From: an uncultured delta proteobacterium
GTDB lineage: Bacteria; Desulfobacterota; Binatia; Binatales; Binataceae
Direction of reading: 5' to 3'
DNA: 64,000 nucleotides
NCBI GenBank assembly: GCA_963842215.1
Contig: CAWJFQ010000010.1
Location: forward strand, 581,350 to 645,349
The notes under the pieces were generated by a model. That model made no database searches. It saw nothing but the letters and a program-made list of their open reading frames with translations, and had not been told where the DNA came from. Positions 30,310 through 39,930 of this stretch are shown one piece after another (position 1 is the stretch's first letter; every line of letters starts with the position of its first letter). Position numbers and translations under genes: made by a program.

Positions 30310-31092
30310 GGATTAAGGTCATTGGATGATTATCAACATCGCTCAACTGGATATAGCCGCTGGATGTTATTTAATCGCTCTTGCGCGCTCGTCTTTCATA
30401 CCGATAACAACTTTAATAATCGCGGGCAGGGAATAGCCATCGATGAAAACGGCTATACGACTCGTCCCATCTGACTAGTCACAACAGAGACGCGCTCATC
30501 GGGTAGATAGTCACTCGACGGGTTGAGGAAGCTTGTCGCGCGGTCCCTTTGACACCAATATTCGCCGACTATGGTTCGTGCCAGGAAGAGAACACTCGGA
30601 TCATCTCGGCGCCCAACAGGATCCGGCGGGAAATGTAGGAGCCGTGGTTCAGAGAGCGAAGCCCGGGCCGATCTTCGTTAGAATTGCGCCACTCGGTTGA
30701 TATAGCGATTTTAGAAGCTATGAAGAGCCACTATGCGCCCAATATCATGCATAGCGTTCGATACAATAGTCACAACTCCTGCTTGCCGCCAGCTCCATCG
30801 TCTGTCTGTTATGTTCGGGGCCAAGTAACCATAGAAAAAATAGCCATTTAGCGGGCAGACTACCTAATTTCCAGACAGCGATGCCTCGAGTTTTAAACGC
30901 TCTAATCCTATTCGCAAGCAGATAGCTATTAGGCAAATTGCCCTAGAAAGGCCGGAAATTGAGCAGGATGACACTATGTTTGCGCTTGGCGCGATGCTAT
31001 AACGCATTCCGGAATTCTGACTGGATGCGCGCTGTTGGTATAGCTAGAGACGCACTGTGCCGCAAGGCACTCGGGTTGCAAGGAGAGGGGTA

Positions 31093-31401
31093 ATGGGCCG
31101 CAGACTGTATGTTGGGAATCTGGCTTGGACTGTGACCGACCAGGATCTGCTCGACGTATTTTCAGAAGCAGGAAAGGTGGACAGCTCGCAAGTCATAATT
31201 GACCGCGCTACCAACCGCTCGCGGGGATTCGGTTTCGTCGAGATGGCGACCGATGAGGCAGCCGAAGGCGCAATCAAAAAGTTGAACGGCCGCGATATCA
31301 AGGGCCGTCCAATTCGCGTCAACGAAGCGCAGGCGCGCAGCGGCGGAGCTGGTGGTGGTGGCGGCGGCGGCGAACGCCGCGGCGGCGGGCGCGACCACTA
31401 G
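31093..31401 (+). CDS. RRM RNA-binding protein with Gly-rich tail
   Basis: RNP2 LYVGNL and RNP1 RGFGFVEM. Confidence 0.95.
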   Translation: MGRRLYVGNLAWTVTDQDLLDVFSEAGKVDSSQVIIDRATNRSRGFGFVEMATDEAAEGAIKKLNGRDIKGRPIRVNEAQARSGGAGGGGGGGERRGGGRDH

Positions 31402-31544
31402 TCAGTTCTCGCAATTCTGGCTAGTGCGCGATTGTAGTTTGGCTGTTGGTCGCGTCGCAAAATATAGTTCACCCGTTTGAAGGGGATGTCCGATTCTCGG
31501 ATCGCACCTTCGCGGTCAACGCTTCCCGGTACTGAAACATCTCT

Positions 31545-32480
31545 TTGGAACTAATAACGCTGGAGGCGCAGAGCGAGCGCGCGGTGATTGTTCCGGCTGC
31601 CGGCTGCCAATGCCTCAGCTATCGCGTTGGCGCGCTGGAAATCATCGCCGGGCCGGCAAATCCCGACGCATGGCGCGAACATCCGCATCGCGGCGGAATT
31701 CCGATTCTCTTTCCGTGGCCGAGCCGCATCGCCGGTGCACGCTTTACTTTCAAGGGCCGCGAATACCGGCTGCCGGTGAACGAGCCCGCGCGCGGCAACG
31801 CGATTCACGGCTTTGCATGCGAACGCGCCTTTCGGGTGACGCGGCGCGGACCGTACTACGTCACGGCGATTCTCGATTCGTCTGACTATCCGGATCTCAC
31901 CTCGATCTGGCCGTGGCCGTTCAAACTCGAAACAGACTACGAAGTAGGTAATGGACTGAGATTGAAGGCTCGCATCACTAATACGGGCGAATCAATAATG
32001 CCGTTCGGATTCGGCGCGCATCCTTACTTTCATGCACCGCTCAATCCCAGCGGAGCGCACGATGCGATGCTGATCCAGCTCGACGCGGACGCTCGATGGC
32101 CGCTCGGCGCGAACCTGATCCCTACTGGCGAAGTGGAGCCGCTGTCCGGCAAATACGACCTCCGCTCGCCGCATGCTATCGGCGCCGATACTTACGACGA
32201 CGCGTTCCATATGGCGCCCTTCTCGAGGACCGGCGACGCGCCACGCGCGCGTCTGATGGATCCGTCGCTCAAGATCGCGGTCGAGGTCCGCGCCGATCCG
32301 GCATTCGAAGACTTCGTCGTCTATGCTCCGCCGGATAGCCTTGTCGTCGCGCTCGAGCCGTATACCTGCGCGCCAGACGCCTTCAATCTCGCCTCCCGTG
32401 GCATCGCGGCCGGGATGCGCGAGCTCGCGCCCGGCCAGACCTTCGAAGCGGGATTTGAGATTCGCATTAATGCCCCTTGA
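31545..32480 (+). CDS. Aldose 1-epimerase family protein
   Basis: LFPWPSRI, NAIHG, GAHPYF, YDDAF, ALEPYT. Confidence 0.88.
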   Translation: MELITLEAQSERAVIVPAAGCQCLSYRVGALEIIAGPANPDAWREHPHRGGIPILFPWPSRIAGARFTFKGREYRLPVNEPARGNAIHGFACERAFRVTRRGPYYVTAILDSSDYPDLTSIWPWPFKLETDYEVGNGLRLKARITNTGESIMPFGFGAHPYFHAPLNPSGAHDAMLIQLDADARWPLGANLIPTGEVEPLSGKYDLRSPHAIGADTYDDAFHMAPFSRTGDAPRARLMDPSLKIAVEVRADPAFEDFVVYAPPDSLVVALEPYTCAPDAFNLASRGIAAGMRELAPGQTFEAGFEIRINAP

Positions 32481-33285
32481 AGCGCGGCTCACGCCGCTGC
32501 GCCAACGCAGTCGCGCCTTCGCGAAAATCCTCGGTGACGAGCAACGAGCTCTGCGCCAGCACCTCGAGTTCCTGAAACGTCATCTTGTCCAGGCCGTAAC
32601 CTTTGTCGATGATCCGCTTCGCCAGCCCAACCGCGAGCGGTGCGTTCCGCGCCATCTCACGCGCGAGCTCTTCGGCCGCCGCGATATGTGTGCCGTCGGC
32701 GACCACGCGATTCACCAGCCCGATCTTTTCAGCATCGGTTGCCTCGATCATTCGAGCAGTCATGATCAGTTCCTTCGAGCGTGCATAGCCGACCGTCCGC
32801 GTCAGCCGCGTGGTGCCGCCGACGTCGGGCACGAGACCCACCCGGACTTCCGGCATCCCGAGCCGGGCGCCGGCCGCCGCCACTCTCGCGTCGCATGCGA
32901 GCGCCAGCTCGAGCCCGAGGCCGCCGACGAAGCCATGAAGCGCGCCGATCACGGGCTTCTCGATGCTCTCGATTCGGTTTAGCGACGCCTGCGACTCGGC
33001 CACAAAGCGTCGAAAACGCTGCATGTCGGGACCGCCGCCATGACCGCCCTGCGCGCCGGTGTCGTTGGCGAGCGAGGTGAAATCGATTCCCGCCGAGAAA
33101 GCCTGTCCTTCGCCGTAAATGATAATCGCGCGAACTTCGGTACGATCGACTTCGTCGATCGCCTCGGGCAGCGCGCGGAGCATCGCCTGGTTAATCGCGT
33201 TGCGCTTCTCAGGACGATTAAGCGCGATGTACGCGATCTCGCCCTCAACCCGAACTTTGATTGGATTTTCCGCCATGTCAGACAC
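32467..33285 (-). CDS. Enoyl-CoA hydratase/isomerase
   Basis: LNRPEKRNAI, FSAGID, GLGLELALACD, PEVRVGLVP. Confidence 0.92.
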   Translation of the reverse strand: MSDMAENPIKVRVEGEIAYIALNRPEKRNAINQAMLRALPEAIDEVDRTEVRAIIIYGEGQAFSAGIDFTSLANDTGAQGGHGGGPDMQRFRRFVAESQASLNRIESIEKPVIGALHGFVGGLGLELALACDARVAAAGARLGMPEVRVGLVPDVGGTTRLTRTVGYARSKELIMTARMIEATDAEKIGLVNRVVADGTHIAAAEELAREMARNAPLAVGLAKRIIDKGYGLDKMTFQELEVLAQSSLLVTEDFREGATALAQRREPRFKGH

Positions 33286-33313
33286 CTCGATTGCTATTGA
33301 ACTGCGGGCCGTC

Positions 33314-34369
33314 TCAGGGTTTCAGCAGGACTTTCATTACGTTGTCTTTTCTTGCGTTGAAGATTTCGTAGCCTTTGGCTGCATCGTCCAGCGGCATTAT
33401 GTGGCTGATCAGTGGGCGCGGATCGAGCGTGCCGCGTTCTATTAGGCGCGCCAGTTCCGGGATGTGCGCGTTGATGTTCGCCAGCCCGATGCGGAACGTT
33501 AGATCGTGGCCGAACGCGTAGCCGATCGGAAAATTGAACGAAGGCGCACCGAACACGCCGATAACCGACACGGTTCCGCCGCCGCGCGCCGCCATTATTG
33601 CGGCGGTCAGCGCACTCTCGTTGCCAACGGCCTCGATAGTCACATCGGCGCCGCGCCCTTCCGTATGCTCGAGAATCGTCTGCTGCGCCTTTTCAGTGTC
33701 TACAGCTAAAGCACCCAACTTGCGCGCGAGTTCCAGGCGGTACGGGATGCTATCGACGGCGATTACTTCGGCTGGCCCGAACAGCTTCGCACTCATCACG
33801 GCGCACAATCCCACCGGGCCGCAGCCGAAAATCGCCACCGTGTCGCCCGGCCGGATGTTGCCGTTGACCGCGCCGAAAAAACTGGTTGGCAGGATGTCGG
33901 CGAGAAAAACCGCGGCGTCATCGTCGATCGCATCGGGCAGCGGATAGCAGGTGTAATCTGCCATCGGCACGCGCACTGCCTCGGATTGCTCGCCACCCAG
34001 CCATCCGAGCTTGCCTGCGGAACTCGATCCGTAGCCGAACACGGCGGAACCGCTTTCCGCGCATTGCGAGGGCTGCCCGCGACGGCAGAAGAAACATCGC
34101 CCGCATGCGACCAGCCCCGATACGACGACCCGCTGTCCCTTCTTCAGCCGATCGACGCCCGCGCCGACCTCCTCGATCACGCCGACGCCCTCATGACCGA
34201 GCACGAAGCCGGGCACGATCGGAAAAGCGCCGTGATAGAAGTGCAGGTCCGAGCCGCAAATTCCCGCGCGCGTGATTCGCACCAGAGCGTCGGTTGGTGT
34301 CTTGAGCGCAGGGTCATCGACCTGCTCGACGCGCACATCATGCGGTCCATGGAAGACAGTTCCCTTCAT
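33314..34369 (-). CDS. Zn-dependent alcohol dehydrogenase (MDR family)
   Basis: GICGSDLH, GHEGVG, CGRCFFC...C, GCGPVG. Confidence 0.92.
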   Translation of the reverse strand: MKGTVFHGPHDVRVEQVDDPALKTPTDALVRITRAGICGSDLHFYHGAFPIVPGFVLGHEGVGVIEEVGAGVDRLKKGQRVVVSGLVACGRCFFCRRGQPSQCAESGSAVFGYGSSSAGKLGWLGGEQSEAVRVPMADYTCYPLPDAIDDDAAVFLADILPTSFFGAVNGNIRPGDTVAIFGCGPVGLCAVMSAKLFGPAEVIAVDSIPYRLELARKLGALAVDTEKAQQTILEHTEGRGADVTIEAVGNESALTAAIMAARGGGTVSVIGVFGAPSFNFPIGYAFGHDLTFRIGLANINAHIPELARLIERGTLDPRPLISHIMPLDDAAKGYEIFNARKDNVMKVLLKP

Positions 34370-34527
34370 GTGCAATCCTTCTTTGGCGACAGCGTCCGAC
34401 AGAGGTGCTTCAGCGCCAAGGTCGACGCAAGTGGCGATTTGACGGGATAATGGCACAGACCGGCGCGGGTTTGCAGAGGCGGCGAAGCCCGTGGTAATTC
34501 CTGAGTCTCGGTACCTTGGAGGCTCTT

Positions 34528-34992
34528 ATGATTCAGAATGTGAAGAAAATCCTCGCTCCTATCGACTTTTCGGCCAGTTCGATGGAGGCGATGAACGGCG
34601 CAAAGGACCTGGCGAAAGATGTGGGCGCCGAAGTTCACCTGATGCACGTCATCGCGCCGCATCACCATTTCATCCCGCTGCCTCTGGCGACAAACGCCGA
34701 GCAGAGTCGCGAGCTGGCACGAGAAGCCGCGATGATCGAGCAGGCCGAAGAGGAACTCGCGCGCATCAAGAAGGATGACTTCGGCAGCTCCAACAAGGTC
34801 TTTACGTTTGCCGTGGTCGGGCCGCCGGTTTCCAAGCTCATCGAATACGCCAAAGCGCAATCGATCGACCTGATCGTCATGTCCACTCACGGACGGACCG
34901 GCGCCGAGCATGCATTGATCGGCAGCGTAACCGAAAAAATCGTGCGCAATGCGCCGTGCTCGGTTCTGGTCCTTCGGCCGCGCAAGCAATAG
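34528..34992 (+). CDS. Universal stress protein
   Basis: ILAPIDFS, DLIVMSTHGR, GSVTEKIVRNAPCSVLV. Confidence 0.93.
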   Translation: MIQNVKKILAPIDFSASSMEAMNGAKDLAKDVGAEVHLMHVIAPHHHFIPLPLATNAEQSRELAREAAMIEQAEEELARIKKDDFGSSNKVFTFAVVGPPVSKLIEYAKAQSIDLIVMSTHGRTGAEHALIGSVTEKIVRNAPCSVLVLRPRKQ

Positions 34993-35065
34993 GCGAAGCT
35001 TACCGTCATTTCCGGCGGTCGCGTGCGCCTGATGCGCGACCGCCGAGTTGCAACTGGAGATTCAC

Positions 35066-35464
35066 ATGAACCTTGAACAACAAAAGGAACGCGCGCTTAC
35101 TTTTCTGAAGCTCTTCGAGAAGCCCGAAGCAAAGGCCTTCGACGGTTTAATCGCGGATGATTTCGAGTTCGAGATGATGGGCCGACTGCCCGGCGTCGCG
35201 CCGATGCGCGGCAAGGATGCGTTTTTGAAGTCGATGCCGGCGACGTTGAAGGCGATGTTTCCCAACGGCTTGAACATGAAGTTTCATTCGACCATCGCCG
35301 AGGGCCCGCACGTCGCGATTCAGGCCGAATCCGACACGACCGCGGGCAACGGAAAGAAATACGCGAACCGCTATCACTTCTATTTTCTGTTCAAGGGCGA
35401 CAAAATCGCGCAAGTTCGGGAGTACAATGACGTAAACCACGTGCGCGAAGTTTTCATGAGCTGA
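35066..35464 (+). CDS. NTF2/SnoaL-like protein
   Basis: IAEGPHVA, YANRYHF, GDKIAQVREY. Confidence 0.85.
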   Translation: MNLEQQKERALTFLKLFEKPEAKAFDGLIADDFEFEMMGRLPGVAPMRGKDAFLKSMPATLKAMFPNGLNMKFHSTIAEGPHVAIQAESDTTAGNGKKYANRYHFYFLFKGDKIAQVREYNDVNHVREVFMS

Positions 35465-35549
35465 TTTGTCGGCCGCACACAAGATAGTACACACAACAGT
35501 ACGCAGCTTGGTGTACATCCCGAGAGCGATCGGTCAGGGAACTTACCTG

Positions 35550-35628
35550 AAAAATGATAAGGGCCAGGCAGATTTCTCCGCCCGGCCCGTAGCCAACCGG
35601 GAAAAGGGGGGCAAACCCCGGCCAGCTA
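35550..35628 (-). ncRNA. Candidate small RNA (two hairpins, C-rich loop, terminator)
   Basis: TTGCAA-N16-TAGAAT promoter (35661-35634); 12-bp stem with loop GUUUGCCCCCCUUUU; 12-bp stem with GAAA loop; then UUAUCAUUUUU. Confidence 0.6.
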
Positions 35629-35713
35629 GCCGTATTCTATACAAGTGCAGGCGTGTTGCAACAACGATTTTTACCCAGCATCCACAGGGGAAAACGGGGG
35701 CTTTGGCTGGCGC

Positions 35714-35983
35714 TCAGACGTTTCCACCGCCAAGCGCGGGGATGAAATGAACTTCGCTATCCTCGCGCAAGCTGTCGAGGACGCCGCCAGTGGCAATCTC
35801 ACCGTCGATGGACACTGCGATCGACGGCTTGATGTCTCCGTCCACCAGCAGTTGCTCCTCAATTCCGGGAAAACGGTCGCCGAGCTGGCGAACCAGTTCA
35901 CGGATCGATCTTGCCGGAACCTCAACGCGCTCAAGGCCTTCAGTGAACTTGCGTAACAACGCGGGAATCACGGCAGTAGGCAT
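35714..35983 (-). CDS. MoaD/ThiS ubiquitin-like sulfur carrier
   Basis: IPALLRKFT...RFPGI...VSIDGE...VHFIPALGGGNV. Confidence 0.88.
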   Translation of the reverse strand: MPTAVIPALLRKFTEGLERVEVPARSIRELVRQLGDRFPGIEEQLLVDGDIKPSIAVSIDGEIATGGVLDSLREDSEVHFIPALGGGNV

Positions 35984-35986
35984 TGT

Positions 35987-36021
35987 AAAAGAAGGAGAGC
36001 GAGCGCCTGCGCTCGCTCTCC
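35987..36021 (-). terminator. Intrinsic terminator after the molybdoenzyme large subunit
   Basis: 13-bp perfect inverted repeat GGAGAGCGAGCGC/GCGCTCGCTCTCC followed by TTCTTTT on the minus strand. Confidence 0.7.
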
Positions 36022-36038
36022 GCTTCAATCACCCTTGA

Positions 36039-38327
36039 TCAATCCGCCGCAGCTGAATGTTGGGTTGCGGCTCGATGCTTCAGCATCGCTTTCAGCAGCT
36101 TCGGCGGCGACATCGGCGTTTCGGTCATCCTGACGCCCACCGCGCGGTAAATCGCGTTCGCCACCGCTGCCACCGGCGGCACGATCGATACCTCGCCGAC
36201 GCCTCTTACACCGAGCGGATGGCCGGGATTTGCCTCCTCGACGACAATGGCTTCGATCATCGGCAAGTCGAGGCAGGTCGGCATGCGGTAGTCGAGGAAG
36301 CCGGAGTTACGCAGCGTGCCCTTGTCGTCGTAGAAGTATTCTTCATTGAGCGCCCAGCCGAGTCCCTGCGCCGTGCCGCCCTGCATCTGACCTTCGACAT
36401 AGCTCGGATGAATCGCTTTGCCGGCATCCTGCGCGATCGTGCATCGCAGAAGTTGCACTTTGCCGGTATCGGGATCGACCTCGACGTCGACGCACGTCGT
36501 TGCAAATCCAGGTCCCACGCCGCGCGCATTTACGCTGGCACGACCGGTAATCGGTCCTCCGGTGCGAGCCAGGCGAGGCGCGAGTTGCTTGATGGACATC
36601 GGCGGCACGCCGTTGCCTTTGGCGAAGAATTTCCCGTCCTTGAATTCAACCTCGTCGGGCTTCTTTTCCCAGAACTTGGCGGCGCGCTCGAGCAACTGGC
36701 GTTCGGCATCCTTGGCGGCTTCGTACACTGCCATCCCGGTTGCGAAGGTGACGCGGCTGCCACCGGTCACGTCGGTATGTCCGATTGAATCGGTGTCGGC
36801 GGTTATCGGGCGCACGTCGGTCACCGGCAGTCCGAGTACTTCCGCGGTGATCATTGCCATCGAGGCGCGCGAGCCGCCGATATCGGGCGAACCGGTCACG
36901 ACGCTGGCCGTTCCGTCGGCGTGAATATTCACGGTCGCGGAAGACTGCATGCCGGCATTGAACCAGAATCCTGACGCGACACCGCGTCCGCGGAACTTGC
37001 CGGTCAGCTTCGATTTGTAGTGCGCGCTGTTCTTGATCGCTTCAACGGTCTGGATGAATCCGATGCGCTTGAACGGAGGGCCGACGACCTGCGCCGCGCC
37101 TTCCTTGACGCCGTTGTTGAGGCGGAAGTCGAGCGGATCGATTCCGCATTTCTCGGCAAGCTCATCGATCACCGTCTCGGACGCGAACGCGGCGTTGGTG
37201 GCGCCCGGCGCACGATAGGCCGCGGTCTTGGGGCGATTGACTACGACGTCGTACGCGTCGATCTGAAAATGCTCGATGGTGTAGGGAGCGATGATGCACA
37301 TCGCGCCCGCACCTACCGGCGAGCCCGGGAACGCACCGGCCTCGTATGCCATCCAGATTTCAGCGGCGACGAGTTTGCCGTCCTTGGTCGCGCCCATCTT
37401 CACTTTGATCTTCGAACCCGAGGTTGGACCGCTGGCGCGCAGCACTTCCGAGCGTGACATGACGAGTTTTACCGGAGCGCCGGTCTTTTTCGACAGCAGC
37501 ACCGATATCGGCTCGAGATAGATCGTCGTTTTGCCGCCGAAGCCGCCGCCGATTTCGGCCGGCACGACCTTGATATGGCCGACCGGCATCCCCAGCACTT
37601 GCGCACTCAGCGAGCGCACGTCGAAGGCGCCCTGCGTCGAGCAGTAGATCGTCGCGTGTCCGTCGGAGTTGTAAATGCCCACAGCGTTGTGCGGCTCGAT
37701 GTATCCCTGGTGGACCATCGCGGTGTTGAATTCGCGCTCGATCACGTAGTCGGCGGACTTGAATCCAGCTTCAATATCGCCGCGCTTGAACTGGTAGTGC
37801 TGCGCGACGTTGGTCTGCTTGTCGCCTTCTTCCTTGTTGCGGAGGTCCTTGAGCAAAATTCCCGCGCCTTTCTTCATGGCCACATCGACGGTCATCACGG
37901 GTGGCAGCACTTCGTATTCGACTTCGATCAGGCGCAGCGCTTCCTCCGCGATGTGCGGGCTGGTCGCAGCGACGGCGGCAATTGCATGGCCGTCGTACAG
38001 CACCTTGTCGTGCGCGAGGATGTTCATCGACAGGTACATGGGGTTGATCGTCATTTCGCCGGCTTGCTCGAGCTTGTTCTCCGCCTGCGGCAGATCCTTG
38101 GCCGTGACGATAGCCTTCACCCCGGGCAGCTTGAGCGCCTTGTCGATGTTGATCGATTTGATATTTGCGTGCGCATGCGGGCTGCGCAGCACCTTGCCGT
38201 GCAGCATGCCGGGGAACGCGTAGTCGGCGCCGTACTTGGCGCGGCCCGTCACCTTGTCAGCGCCGTCGTGGCGAATGGGACGCGTGCCGATAACTTTGAA
38301 ATTGCCTGTCGTAGTTGATGCCGCCAT
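36039..38327 (-). CDS. Xanthine dehydrogenase family molybdopterin-binding subunit
   Basis: KVTGRAKY, RSPHAHA, GGGFGGK, AYRAPG, GQMQGG, RGVGE. Confidence 0.93.
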   Translation of the reverse strand: MAASTTTGNFKVIGTRPIRHDGADKVTGRAKYGADYAFPGMLHGKVLRSPHAHANIKSINIDKALKLPGVKAIVTAKDLPQAENKLEQAGEMTINPMYLSMNILAHDKVLYDGHAIAAVAATSPHIAEEALRLIEVEYEVLPPVMTVDVAMKKGAGILLKDLRNKEEGDKQTNVAQHYQFKRGDIEAGFKSADYVIEREFNTAMVHQGYIEPHNAVGIYNSDGHATIYCSTQGAFDVRSLSAQVLGMPVGHIKVVPAEIGGGFGGKTTIYLEPISVLLSKKTGAPVKLVMSRSEVLRASGPTSGSKIKVKMGATKDGKLVAAEIWMAYEAGAFPGSPVGAGAMCIIAPYTIEHFQIDAYDVVVNRPKTAAYRAPGATNAAFASETVIDELAEKCGIDPLDFRLNNGVKEGAAQVVGPPFKRIGFIQTVEAIKNSAHYKSKLTGKFRGRGVASGFWFNAGMQSSATVNIHADGTASVVTGSPDIGGSRASMAMITAEVLGLPVTDVRPITADTDSIGHTDVTGGSRVTFATGMAVYEAAKDAERQLLERAAKFWEKKPDEVEFKDGKFFAKGNGVPPMSIKQLAPRLARTGGPITGRASVNARGVGPGFATTCVDVEVDPDTGKVQLLRCTIAQDAGKAIHPSYVEGQMQGGTAQGLGWALNEEYFYDDKGTLRNSGFLDYRMPTCLDLPMIEAIVVEEANPGHPLGVRGVGEVSIVPPVAAVANAIYRAVGVRMTETPMSPPKLLKAMLKHRAATQHSAAAD

Positions 38328-38372
38328 GGCCTTACCTCTTGAAGAACTTTGTCGTATCTATCGTGATGATCG

Positions 38373-38870
38373 TTAAGCCGCCGATTTGCGCTTGTCCTGT
38401 CCGCGCATGTCAGCGGCGGCATCGAGCACCGCTTTCACGATCTTGTCATAACCGGTGCATCTGCAAAGATTCCCGGCCAGCGCGTAACGAACCTCGGGCT
38501 CGCTGGGATTCGGATTGCGTTCCAGCAGCGACTTTGCCGAAATCAAAAATCCCGGCGTGCAGATGCCGCACTGCAGGCTCGCGTGTTCGAGAAACTTGTT
38601 CTGCAGGACGTGCAGGGCGCCATTGGTGGCGAGTCCCTCGACGGTCGAGATGTTTTTGCCTTGTGCCTCGACGCCGAGCATCAGGCACGAGTCCACCGCG
38701 CGGCCGTCGACCATCACAGTGCACGCGCCGCAGTCGCCGGTCAGGCATCCTTCTTTCGAGCCGGTGAGCTCTAGCACGTCGCGCAGGGTTTCAAGCAAGC
38801 TTTGGCGCGGCTCGCACAGGAACTCGACGGTTTCGCCGTTGATTGTCGCTTCTACCAGGGTCTTTTTCAT
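38373..38870 (-). CDS. Xanthine dehydrogenase family 2Fe-2S subunit
   Basis: GCLTGDCGACTV, QCGICTPG, NLCRCTGY. Confidence 0.95.
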   Translation of the reverse strand: MKKTLVEATINGETVEFLCEPRQSLLETLRDVLELTGSKEGCLTGDCGACTVMVDGRAVDSCLMLGVEAQGKNISTVEGLATNGALHVLQNKFLEHASLQCGICTPGFLISAKSLLERNPNPSEPEVRYALAGNLCRCTGYDKIVKAVLDAAADMRGQDKRKSAA

Positions 38871-38901
38871 AGCTCTATGCCGTGTATTGTATCGATTGGG
38901 T

Positions 38902-39771
38902 TCAGATTTTCTTGGCGCGTTCGGCGGCGATTGTGAGCGCGCGGCGCGTCAGCACCGCGGCAATATGGAGACGAAATTCGCGCGTCCCGCGCATGTCGTC
39001 GATTGGCCTGCAGACTTCGCTCACCGCGCGTCCGGCGGCCTCGAGCGCCGCGTCGTCGAGCTTCTTGCCGACCAGCGCATCCGTAGCCTTGCTTTCGAGC
39101 AATGGAGTCGCCGCGACTGCGCCTAGTCCGATACGCGCCGCCTTCACCTTGTCGCCGTCGAGTGTAACCGACGCACCTACGCCGACCACCGCGATATCCA
39201 TTTCGTTGCGCGGGATGAACCGCAGGTAGGCGTCGCTCGAATGCGGCGCCGGCGCGGGAATCAGCAGCTCAACCAGCAGCTCACCAGGCCTGAGCACGGT
39301 GCGTCCGGGAGAGACAACGAAAGACTCGACCGGCACCTCGCGCTCGCCGCTCGGGCCGACGATTCGCGCGCGCGCTCCCACCGCGATCAGCGCAGGGGTG
39401 CTGTCGGCGGCCGGCGATCCATTGCAGAGATTGCCGCCGACCGAAGCGCGATTCTGAATCTGCAGAGAGCCGATCAGATGCGCCGCCTCGGTCAAGCCGG
39501 GATAGTGGCGGTGCATGACTTCGCTCTCGTGAATCTCGATGCACGAGACGGCCGCGCCGAGGCGCAAGCCCTTTTTCGCATCGAAAGAGAGCGTGTGCAG
39601 TTCCTTGATCTTCTTGATGTCGACCAGGTGCTCGGTGCGGCGCACTCCGGCGCGGAGCTGGATAATGAGGTCGGTACCGCCGCAAAATGGGCGGGCGTTT
39701 TCACCGTGGGCTTTGAGTATGCTGACCGCCTGATCGAGCGTACTCGGGGCTTCGTAGTTGATGGCGTGCAA
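38902..39771 (-). CDS. Xanthine dehydrogenase family FAD-binding subunit
   Basis: GGTDL, IGSLQIQNRASVGGN, PIDDMRGT. Confidence 0.93.
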   Translation of the reverse strand: MHAINYEAPSTLDQAVSILKAHGENARPFCGGTDLIIQLRAGVRRTEHLVDIKKIKELHTLSFDAKKGLRLGAAVSCIEIHESEVMHRHYPGLTEAAHLIGSLQIQNRASVGGNLCNGSPAADSTPALIAVGARARIVGPSGEREVPVESFVVSPGRTVLRPGELLVELLIPAPAPHSSDAYLRFIPRNEMDIAVVGVGASVTLDGDKVKAARIGLGAVAATPLLESKATDALVGKKLDDAALEAAGRAVSEVCRPIDDMRGTREFRLHIAAVLTRRALTIAAERAKKI

Positions 39772-39930
39772 GTGTGGCAGACCTCCAGATGGGGCTTAAA
39801 ATAATAGCGCCCGTCTACCTTGGATAGCCTAGTTACTGACCGCTGAAAAGAGCATGGCGGGAGATAGAAAAGCGTCACGCGGCGCTGGGAACTCGCGAAC
39901 CTCTGATCGGAACTCTGAAGTGTGAAAGAG

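Noticed and set aside
31339-31392. GGC/GGT triplet run as a repeat element
   Set aside because: Encodes the ordinary Gly-rich tail of the RRM protein.
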